NCBI RefSeq assembly: GCF_006345805.1
Contig: NC_042997.1
Span: 109,058,001-109,122,000 of the forward strand
Reading direction: 5' to 3'
DNA: 64,000 nt
Origin: Octopus sinensis
Lineage: Eukaryota
Below the pieces are notes generated by a model, which saw only the letters and a list, made by a program, of their open reading frames with translations, was not told the origin of the DNA and made no database searches. The position numbers and the translations under genes were made by a program. Below, in pieces: positions 53,296-64,000 of this stretch (the stretch's first letter is position 1; each line of letters opens with the position of its first letter).

Positions 53296-54109
53296 CCTTA
53301 TGAAAATATAATTTTCGCTCTTTTCTTTCTGTTCTTTTATTTGGAAATATCAATTTAATGGAGAATGGAACACTCACTGTATTCTTGAAAACCGATAAAT
53401 TCTTTGACACTGATTCCTAATTGAGGAATTAACTATGGCATATAAGGTAGCATAAAAATAGAAGCCATATTATCTAATTATTTCCTTTTATTACCAATTC
53501 CACCATCATAATTGGTAATCTAAGAGGCCAACAAAAATGGCTTCTATTTTTATATTTCTCCCCAGTCCCAAAGACAGACATCACTGGAGCAAGATTTCTG
53601 GTACATTTATTACACTGGTTCCACTGATGTAGTCATTACTCTCTGATATTTGGCAGATTCCTATTACAACTTTACTAAACGATGAAAGCCGTTATAGAAT
53701 CATACTTTCTGCTGTTGCTGTCCTTGTTGTTGTTGTGAGTGATTCTAGATTCTTCTTGATGAAGTCAGGATTACGATTGTTTGCCGTGTTCATAAATACT
53801 TCTGTAGTGACTTTTGTTTATTTCAATCAACTTTATATTCATTTACAATGCTTATTAAAATCACTTGTCTTAACGCATTAATGAGTATATCTAAATATAT
53901 TACAACTGAAGATCAACGAAACATTTCGTTAATTAAATTGTCGAAAGTAAGGCTAATCAAATCAGCAAGACAATGCAATTATGTATTAACATTCTAAACG
54001 GTATTTCTATAACAGAATACAAAAGAGAGATTCTAGACATGTCTAATTCAAGTTCGTGTCTCTTGCTGTGTTGTCATAATTCGAGAAAGAATTCGATATT
54101 CTATATTTT

Positions 54110-54545
54110 GTTCTTTTCTTTGTTTCACTCATTAGACTGCAGCCATGCTGGGGCAATGCTTTGAATAATTCTAATCAAATGAATCGACTCCAGAACTTTA
54201 TTTTAAGCCTGGTACGTATTCTATGAGTCTCTGTTTGGTGATCTGCTAAGTTATGAGGTCGTAAACACACCAACACCGCTTGTCAAGTGGTAGTGTGGGA
54301 TAAACAGAGACACAAAGACACACACACATATCTGTGTATGTATGTATACACACACACACACACACACACATGTATATATATATATATACAACGGTCTTCT
54401 TTCAGTTTCCATCTATCATATCCACTCACAAGGCTTTGGTCAGCTCGAGGATATAGTAGAAGACACTTGCACAAGGTGACATGCGGTGGGATTGAAACCG
54501 GTTCCATTTGGCCGGGAAGTAAATTTCTTACCACAAAGCGACTTT
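54110..54545 (-). mobile_element. SINE family B, diverged
   Basis: ATCCACTCACAAGGCTTTGGTCAGCTCGAGG and tail GACTGCAGCCATGCTGGGGC. Confidence 0.8.
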
Positions 54546-54969
54546 GCTCTTTCTAAAACTAAGCCATTCATAAAGTATTGACACAGTATTCAAACAAGAC
54601 TACCGAGTAACCACACACACACACACAACACACGCACACACGCACACACACACTCACACACACACACACACACATACACACACACACACAGACACACACA
54701 CACACACACACACACACATGAGCGCAAAATTTGTGGTTTGATAACCACGTACACATTTAGCACAGCAGAATGGGCTTGGTTCTAAACCGCAAGGAAGGAA
54801 ACTAGTCCAGGAGGTGGAAAAATCTAATCGAAAGTCTTGAGTTATGTTCTTTATTGAATTTGTGGCAAACATTTTGCACCAAATTTCTTACGATCAGTTA
54901 CTGAAAGAGTGGTTAGTTCTAAATAAAGTTTCATCGCTGAAAACAGATTATCCGTAAGTTGCGAGAGTT

Positions 54970-55008
<39 letters not shown>

Positions 55009-55074
55009 GGAGTCTCCGCTGGACAAAGTACGGTACCTTCATAGTGTTTAACAACGAGCGTTAAGTATGTCATA

Positions 55075-55275
55075 TTGGTTTTAAATTTTGGCACAAGGCC
55101 AGTAATTTCCGGTGGTGGGTAAATCGATTACATTGAACCTGCCACTCAACTGGAACCTATTTTATTGACCCCGAAACGATAAAAGGCAAAGTCGACCTCT
55201 GTGAAATTTGAACTCAGAACGTAAAGACAAATAGATGCCCCTAAGCGTTCTAACGAGTCCGCCAGCTCTCCACCT
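55075..55275 (-). mobile_element. SINE family C monomer (tail type 2)
   Basis: GGCAAAGTCGACCTC..TTTGAACTCAGAACGT; tail GGCCTTGTGCC. Confidence 0.8.
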
Positions 55276-56232
55276 TTATTAATTATGTCATATTGATAAA
55301 AATCATATTGATTAAAGCAGCACCAAATTCTACGTACACGTAAAGAGAGAAAGAGACAGAAACACAGAGTGAGGAGAGACAGCTTAAGGGAGAGAATAAA
55401 CAATAAGCACCACCGAGGGAACTAATCTAGTTTAGAATAAGTTACCATCTCCAACAGGCAACGCATTATCAGGAGAGCCATCTGCTGGCAACCTATAAAC
55501 TCTCAGTCCTACGTCATGAACGGTTGATCAAATCATCGTTGGAATTTTGTTCTCTTCGAAAAACCCAGCTTCTCTCCAGATTGTCAAAAGTTTGTTATTT
55601 TATTAATTTCGTTCCGATGTAGGCACCGAGCCCATGGCCTTTCACGGCAGTAAGCAGTAAGATCGATATCATCAATTTTTCACTGACTGCCGGAATATCA
55701 TATGTCGGGATGTAGTTCCTGGTGAGCAGAGCCCTGAGTAAGAATGGTCAGGTATTGTTGTAGTTATCTTGGGAGCTTATGGAGATTGAACATAAAGTTG
55801 ATGAGGAGAAAGGAGATGATCTCAAGAATGATTAAGTAGTGGTGGGACCAGAAATGGAAGGGAGAGTGGAATCAGCAAAGGCATGACATCGCTAGCCAAG
55901 ACAATAGAGAAGCAGTTATAGATAGGGGTCGAGAAATGTGTGCTTCGGAAAGCAATTGGCCGACATTCTAGTTGATGTGTGAAGTTAGATTCAACCATGA
56001 ATAATGAATGCAAAGCCCACGTGTTTTTACTTGACAGGGCATATTTTTTTTATCAGATTTTAGTTAGCTGCTTACCTTTGTTACTAATGTCCTGAGATTT
56101 TCCCTGTATCTACGTTGGTTTTACTTAAATGTAAAATGCCTCAAAATGACCGTGTAGACAGATACACAGATTTTATCCAGAGAAATCAGCCTAGATATAG
56201 CAATAACAACGATCATCACCACAGCAACAGCA

Positions 56233-56580
56233 GGAAGTACAATGGCCCAATGGTTAGAGTATCGCGGTTTCGATTCCCAGACCAGGCGTTGTGTGCGTTT
56301 ATTGAGCGAAAACACCTAAAGCTCCACGAGGCTCCGGCAGGGGGTGGTGGCGACCTCTGTTGTACTCTTTCACTCCAACTTTCTCTCACTCTTTCTTCCT
56401 GTTTCTTGTCCCCGACTTCCTACGCAACCGCTGAGCTTGGATGCGCATTCATCCATCCGTCAATGCTCTCGGTGTCGGGGGTTGACCTGCTTTCTCTTCT
56501 GCGGGTCTTACGAATAGCAAAGGACCACGTTTCGGACTTCTCCTATCTTGCGAACTCTGGGACGAAGACCGTTCGCTCAA
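56233..56580 (+). mobile_element. tRNA-derived SINE, family A (tail type 4)
   Basis: Head CAATGGCCCAATGGTTAGAG..GGTTTCGATTCCCAGACC (partly deleted), then the shared core. ACAGCAACAGCA at 56221-56232 and 56580-56591 is a likely TSD. Confidence 0.85.
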
Positions 56581-57186
56581 CAGCAACAGCAACAGCAGCA
56601 GCAATAGCAACAGCAACAACACCACTCAACTAATACGATAAACAAGTGTGTTTGTTCCATATTTCTTAACAATACCGACACAGTCAAACAAACGATCAAA
56701 ACAAACGCCTAACAAGATCTTGGATTTCTTGCAAAGACTGAAGACTACAAACAACAATACAGATAAAGTGAGGTTTATGATTAATATTTCTAATAATTTA
56801 TAACAAGGGAATGTCATAAAATATTCCACTTATAAACTGTAATCAAAGACAAGCATTACGTAAGAATAGCGAAGAGACAACAAAAAAACGTTTAAATTAA
56901 TAAAACAATGAGATAAAATCTGTTAATCTGTTGCTAATGAGCGCTGACGGCCCAATTATCGGGTTTGAACACAACAATGATGGAATGGAAATAGAAACAT
57001 GTAATTTTGAAATATCGATCTATAAATAATCGAAGAAAGAAAACTATTCAATTGATGGAATGTCGGAGAGTTGACGTGTCAAGAAAATGTTCGGTTTGGA
57101 ATTAAAGAGAACAAACCGGTCATTGCTGCTATTTTGATCACACACAGCCGCACTTGTTATCAAATATATATATATATTCATTCACA

Positions 57187-57217
<31 letters not shown>

Positions 57218-58623
57218 CACACAAATACGCACACATGCACACATGCACACACGCACATACACACACATATGTCATATTGTGTAAATCAACAATTATGCGT
57301 GTGTACGTGCGTGTGTGCGCATGTGTATGGAGGTATTCAGGTGGAGATTAATGGTGGTGAGTATGAGTTTATAACTAGCATACACTTGCTCATAAATGCA
57401 TAGATGATATGTGAGTATGTGGTGTGTACGCGTGTGTATATATATATATATATGCGTGTATACACACACTTGTATTCTATTTATCTATATGTATATATGT
57501 GTGTATATATGTATATATATATATTTACATATATATGAATATATACGTAAAAATAATATATTATATACACATGCATGTATATATATATACATACATCCCA
57601 AATAGTCTTTCCTCATCAGTTATCGTCCAAAGAACGTAAAAATGTCACACTTTTAACGATGAGATTGTTCATTTTGGTGACGCCAACTGCGTAAGAGCTG
57701 CTGGAATATGAGAGCAGATATAAAGGACAGAATAAATCCAATACAAAAAAGCTAGGGACTGAAAACCGAACGAAAATAGATAGAAAACGAAAATAAAGGA
57801 CAGTAACGGAAACAAGCATAGGACACACACACACACATAGATGTTAAAAATGTTATTTTCAACTGAGGATCGCAGAGTATGTTTGTCATGCAAAGCGTGA
57901 AATCAATTGATATTGAGATATACTTACTTACAGATGTATTCAACACAAAGGTAAACCTATTTCTCATATGTTCATCGCATTGCTCGTGTGTATCTTTATC
58001 GTGAGTTTTGTGGTGGGTTTTTGGAGCGTTGGCTCTGATTTTAGCAAGTGGTATTATATACCTTATTGAATCTTAATTTACCTTATATTGTGCCTGAAAC
58101 GGTATGAACTTGCTAGCCACTTTATTATTGCTATAAATAACGGTAATAATACTACTTTATTTAAATTTATATAATTCAGTGATAGTTAGAGGTTGAGAAA
58201 CCAACTAAGGGATAGTACCTATCCAATATACTGCTGTTAGTGCACTCAATTATAAATAATGAACAAGTGCTGGTTATTGAGTGGCAATTTCACTATTGAG
58301 CGTAATAACTGGGTGAGGGTTAAAAGTGGTTTACCCTAAACTTATACGGCAAGTAGAAAATAGAGGGAATCCAGAGGTAGTATGCATCAACTGTTAGTCA
58401 TTATATTATGTCTGTTTATTTATTGTTTTAGAATAAATAAATAAACATAATATAATGTTTAACAGTTGATGTATAATGTTTCTGTATCCACTCCGTTTTC
58501 TTCTTGCCGTTTAAATTTATACACATACACAAACACAGGAAAATGTGTAAACACCAGTCGTCTTTTTTCTCTTTCCCTGTTGCCCGCCTCTGGGATCTTT
58601 CTTTCCTCTCTCTTCCTTCTTAT

Positions 58624-58658
58624 GTTTCCGACGAAGAGCTCCGCTCGAAACGTCATAC
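58624..58658 (+). ncRNA. minimal type I hammerhead ribozyme motif (U4C core variant)
   Basis: GUUU-CCGACGA-A-GAGC(UCC)GCUC-GAAACGUC-AUAC: 4-bp stem II, palindromic ACGU, GUC triplet, stem I 3 of 4 pairs. Confidence 0.6.
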
Positions 58659-59077
58659 CTCCCTGCTTCCATCTCCTGAGCGCCTATTAATAATAATACT
58701 GTAATTGTTCCTGTTGTTGTTGTTTTTTTGTTTCCCTTTTGGATTAAAATTATACCACTGCGCGCCTACACGGACCCCTGTACCTTGGATACCAACTCTC
58801 GGATTTTTTGCACCTACGGATTATTGTTACCATTCTTCCTGACCTACGGATCACCTGCAACTTTCTTCCGGAGTACCGCTTATTACCGTGATGTAAAATC
58901 ATTACTTAATCTGTCCGTTGACTCTCAAATCTCTTTCCTGACTTTTTTCAACTTTTTTCTATTGTTTTCAAACTGTCTTCACCCTTTTTCTTCTTTCGTT
59001 GTTTTCCTGTTGTCTCTCCTTTTTCCTGCTTCGCCACCACCCACCTTTACCTGTTTGCCACCACCTCTCATCATGCC

Positions 59078-61905
59078 TGACTTTCAACACCTTCAATCCT
59101 CCCAGCACCTCGCGTTCTTCCCCCACAATGTTCCGCACCTGCTATAAAACTTTCCCGCTTGCTTTTTAAGAAAACCCGCCACTCTAGTCATCTTTCCTTT
59201 CTTAGCCGGTGCCTCCGCCATCATGTCACACCCCGCGGTTTCCTCTTGAAGTTCCACGCTACCCCCTATTCCTCCCCCTTCATCGAACCCACCCTCGCTC
59301 GGACCTCCCGCTCCCTCCTCCGCGCCACCATCCGCTCCACCCGCCCCCTCCTTGACTCCCTCGACCATCAACTTCCCCAGGCCTACCTCCTTCTCTCCGC
59401 CCTCTGCCCTCCACTCTTCACCCAACCTATCCTCCGCTTCATTCTTAATCTCAACCACCAACTCTACAACCACCTCACACACACAAAAAACAAAAAACTC
59501 CACCTCCTCCTCAACCCGTCACCCCCTTCCCCATCCTCCCCCACTGTTCCCCCCCTCCTTCGCACCTACCCCACCCTTCCACGGACCCCCCCCACCGTGA
59601 CCTTCCTACGCCTAACCCATCTTCACCCAACCACCCCTACCCTCCCCTTCACACCCCTGCACCCCCTCCGCCTGCCCCTAGTCCTCCCACCACCCCGCTT
59701 CCTCGCGCTGTTGTCACTATACCCCCCCCCCCCCCCCCCCTCTCCGCCGCTGAGCGCTCCCTCCTCAGTAAAGGTCTCCGCTTCACGCCACTCACGCGCC
59801 ACTGTGATGAGTTCGAGACTCGGGCGGACGTCAACCTGTTCCTGCGCCGCCTCAAACTTCGCGCATACTACCACGCGTCCCCGCAGCGTCAAAACAATCA
59901 GGATTGCCTTTTGGAGCTGGGGCGTCGTCCATCCATCTGGACGCCGCCCCCAGGCCTTTTCAGTAGCCTAGATTCGTTTGTACATGACTGCAACGCTTTG
60001 GTCCACCGTTTCAACTTTGAACCAAGACCCCGCCGAGCCAACCTCACTCGGGCCGAATCCATTGCCCTTCGCCACCTCCGCCGTCGTGATGACATTGTCA
60101 TCAAACCGGCGGACAAAGGCGGGGCAGTGGTAGTGTGGCGCGCGGACCTATACAGGGAGGAAGCGCTCAACCAGCTTCAAAATCCACTCTTCTATCGCCT
60201 CCTCCCCTCCGATCCCACCTCCTCCTACCAACAACGAGTGTCCTCCACCATCCACGACCTCATCTCCTCCTCCGCTCTCCCCCTCACCGCCACAACCTCA
60301 TCGTCCGCACACCCCGCACCTCCACCATCTACTTCCTTCCCAAGATCCATAAACCCTCTAATCCTGGCCGTCCCATAGTCTCTGCCTGTAATTGCCCCAC
60401 TGAACTCATCTCCCTATACCTCGACCGCATCCTGTCCCCCTTAGTCGCAGCCCTCCCATCCCACATACACGACACCAACCACGCCCTCCGTCTCTTCAAT
60501 TCCTTTTCCTTCCCTTCCAGCCCCTCACACCTCCTCTTCACTTTAGATGTAAAATCCCTGTACACAGTGATTCCCCACAATGACGGTCTCCTAGCCCTCC
60601 AACACTTCCTCGACCGTCGTCCCGACCCCACCCCCAGCACCCCCACCCTTCTCCGTTTGGCCGAGCTCGTCCTCACCCTCAATTGCTTCACGTTCGCCGG
60701 GGAAACGTACCAACAGGTGTCCGGGGTCGCGATGGGAACTAGGATGGGCCCCAATTTCGCCAGTCTCTTTCTTGGCTACATTGAGGCCCAAGTGTTCTCC
60801 CAGTTCTCTGGGCCGACCCCCGAACTATACGGTCGCTATATCGACGACTGCGTAGGTGCCACCTCCCTTTCCCGTGACTTCTCTGCCAATTCATCTCTTT
60901 CCTTTCCAACTTTCACCCCTCCCTTCAATTCACCTCCACCATCTCCAACACCTCTGTCAACTTCCTTGACATCTCTCTCCGCATCGATCACCCCTCCAGA
61001 TCTCTCACCACCACCGCCTTTTTTAAACCTACGGATTCCCACCTCTATCTCAACTTCTCTTCTCCCACCCCTTCCACACCAAACGAGCCATCCCCTACTC
61101 CACTCCCGTTCCTCCGCCTCCGACGTTTGTGCAGCCGCGACCAGGATTTCGAGACCCAATCTCAATACCTGGCCCGCATGTTCAGACTCCGAGGTTACCC
61201 CCCATACTCCTCTCTGATGCCTCACCCGCGCCCGTCGCATCGACCGCACTACCGCCCTGTCTCCTTCCCCCCGCCCACCCCCCAACCGCACCCCCTTCCC
61301 CCTCCTTTTCCACCCCTCTACCCTACCCCTTCGTCGCAAGATACTACGTGCCTTCCGTCGCCTCCAGCTTGATCCCACCACCCGCCCCATTTTCCCTAAC
61401 CTACCCCTGTCCTCTTTCAAACGAGCCCGCAATCTGCGTGACCTCCTGGTCCACAGCACCCTCTCTCCTTCCCCCTCAGCCCCACACGGATCATTCCCTT
61501 GCTCTAGATCCCGCTGCAACACTTGCCCCTTCATCACCAACACCACCGCTGTCACCGGCTCCAACCTGCACACTGTACGCATTAGGCACTCTTTTACGTG
61601 CACCTCGTCTGGCCTTATTTACTGCATTAAATGCAACCTATGCGGGATGCTGTATGTAGGACAGACGGGACGCCGGTTGTCCGACCGTTTCACTGAGCAC
61701 TTAAGGGACGTTCGCCTACACTCTCTTTCTCTCTCCCGTCGCACGCCACTTCCGCTCGGCCGGCCATTCCCTAGATGACATCTCAGTGTTTGGTCTCGCC
61801 CCCCACCAAGGTCGCCCACTTTCCAGGCTCCACTTGGAGCAACGCTACATCTTCACCCTACAAACTACCACCCCACACGGACTTAACACAGCCCCTCCTC
61901 TTGAG
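59078..61905 (+). pseudogene. Penelope RT-GIY-YIG polyprotein, about 940 codons, split by single-base indels
   Basis: Overlapping ORFs 59159-59971, 59911-60378, 60135-61217, 61127-61372 and 61786 onward carry consecutive parts of one protein. Confidence 0.85.
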
Positions 61906-61906
61906 A

Positions 61907-61908
<2 letters not shown>

Positions 61909-61938
<30 letters not shown>
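61909..61938. repeat. T30 homopolymer at the 3' end of the Penelope ORF
   Basis: Read directly. Confidence 0.95.
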
Positions 61939-61939
<1 letters not shown>

Positions 61940-61940
<1 letters not shown>

Positions 61941-64000
61941 ACACACCACCCACACACACCACACCCACCTGCCTCCCACACGCACACACCCCCCACCTAC
62001 CTCCCACACACACCCAACCACCTACCTCCCACACGCCTGTTCACACACACACATACGCAGACCCATTTAACGTACATACATTCACACATTTAATCACACA
62101 CACTTACAGACATACTAGCACACACTAACATACAAACCAACATGCACATACACACACACATACATACATACGCACACACATACTACACAACACACACACA
62201 CACACACAGACATACATACACACATACACACACACATACATACGCACATACATACACACACACACTCACACACACAACACACCGCACGTACATACTTCAC
62301 ACACACACATGCAAACATACATGTAGGCACATACATACATACATGCCCACACATGCACACCCTTACACTGAATGCACACACACATACACCTTTTTGCATC
62401 CAGGCGCCCCCCCTCTTTTCTGCTTTCCGGTTTTGGCTGATGGATCCTCGGTTCCCGCGTAGCGGGGCGTTCGAGGGCCTTTGCGCTCGCGCGCCTTGGC
62501 GCGCGCTGGGGGCTTGGTCGGCCCCTTGGGCTTGCGTTGTACTGCTTGTGCGTTGTGTGCGTGAGCGCGCTTTGTGCGTGTGGGCTTGCTTCGGATGTGC
62601 GCGTACGTATGTATGCATACATACCCACACACTCGCATGCATCCCTACCCACATACATACACGCACACCTACTCACACACACACACTACACACACATACC
62701 TGCACACACACACACATACATACATACACATACATACCTACTTCAGACATACACACACACAGACATACACACCATACACTCACACTCACACGCATACACA
62801 CACACACATACACACGCACACGTACACATACACACACACACACACCTACATACATACATTACACTTGTATACACACACACTTACATTCATACACACACAC
62901 ACCTACACAGCCATACCCTCACTCAGACACACACATCTACCTACACACACACACACACACACGGACACACACCCATACATACATACATCTACACACACAC
63001 GCCTACACACATACATACACACATACATAAACACACACACATATACATATACACACATACGCACACACACATATACTTATACACATGCACACACACACAC
63101 ACATACATACATACACCCATATACATACATACACACATACCCACATACTCCTATACGCACATACATACACAAAGACATACACACTACACACTCACACAAA
63201 CATACACACACACATACTTACACACACACTCACCTGCACGCGCACACACATGCATGACAAACACCCATACACTCACACTCACATACGCACACACCAACAT
63301 AAACACGCACACGCACACACACACCTACACTCCCACACACATACACACGCACCTACATACACACACGCACGCATACACACGCACACACACATACATTACA
63401 CACGTACACACACACCCACATACACATGCATACACACACACACACAAACATGCACGGACACACCCAGACATACACCTATATACACACGCCCACACACCTA
63501 CATACACACACATATACACACGCCCACACACCTACATACACACACATACATACACACACATACACGGACACACCCACACATACTTACATACATACACCTA
63601 TACACACACGCCTACACACCTACATACACACACATGCATACACACACACACACATGTACGCACATACACACACATATACGCACATACATATATACCCACA
63701 CACATGCACACACACACACATACGCACATGCATGCATGCATGCACACGCGCACACCTACACGCATACACACACACACACGCACGTACACATACATACATA
63801 CACACACGCATACATACACCCATACACATACATGCATCCGACACACACATACATACACACTCACACATACATACACACACACACACTCACTCACACACCT
63901 GTATGTACGCGCACACACATGCACATACACACACTTCCCCACACCCACACGTACATACATACACACTCACACACATACACACACACACACGGACATACAT
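61940..64000. repeat. long degenerate (CA)/(CATA) low-complexity tract
   Basis: Read directly; interrupted by a GC-rich island at about 62395-62600. Confidence 0.92.

Larger units (their letters stand above)
58450..61908 (+). mobile_element. Penelope-like element (probably Neptune-type), near full length, 5' pLTR with hammerhead motif
   Basis: RT motifs IKPADKGG, LPKIHK, GRPIVS, LDVKSLYT, GVAMGTRMGP and RYIDD. Cys linker C.RSRCNTCPF. GIY-YIG motif LIYCIKCNLCGMLYVGQTGR. C-terminal PHGLN. Confidence 0.93.

Noticed and set aside
55420-56030. Unique-looking stretch that might be a decayed LINE or an exon
   Set aside because: No convincing motif or long open frame on either strand.
56505-56545. 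Minus-strand GGA-GAAG-TCC-GAAACGT resembling a hammerhead half
   Set aside because: No CUGANGA core upstream and no NUH triplet.
58690-59080. Expected Penelope 5' intron
   Set aside because: Pyrimidine tracts are present, but I could not find a credible GT...AG pair.
59093-61603. Long antisense ORFs over the Penelope element
   Set aside because: Shadow frames caused by the extreme C-richness, which makes stop codons rare.

Overview
This is an AT-rich animal genomic window made almost entirely of transposable elements and microsatellites. The SINE families and the density of (TA)n/(CA)n/(CATA)n repeats are what I associate with Octopus (recollection, not a database result). I recognise no host protein-coding gene, intact tRNA/rRNA or CRISPR array; almost all listed ORFs are microsatellite translations. 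DNA transposons: a degenerate pogo-type element with TIRs (4597-7014), a full-length frameshifted DD34D mariner (31896-33191), two copies of one internally deleted mariner, and a mariner MITE. Non-LTR fragments: RTE, CR1-group, R4/Dong-like and a probable Tx1/L1 ORF1. There are also about 20 tRNA-derived SINE copies, and a near-full-length Penelope-like element (RT plus GIY-YIG, 58450-61908). Best leads: (1) two structurally conserved minimal hammerhead-ribozyme motifs in Penelope terminal repeats (9502-9539 and 58624-58658); (2) one SINE head and core joined to four unrelated 3' tails; (3) a LINE/SINE pair sharing a 3' stem-loop with compensatory changes; (4) SINE concatemers that re-enter at a fixed GGTATT(T) junction, one bounded by a single TSD; (5) a ~250-bp inverted copy of flanking DNA captured inside a mariner. 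Ends of degenerate fragments are approximate.
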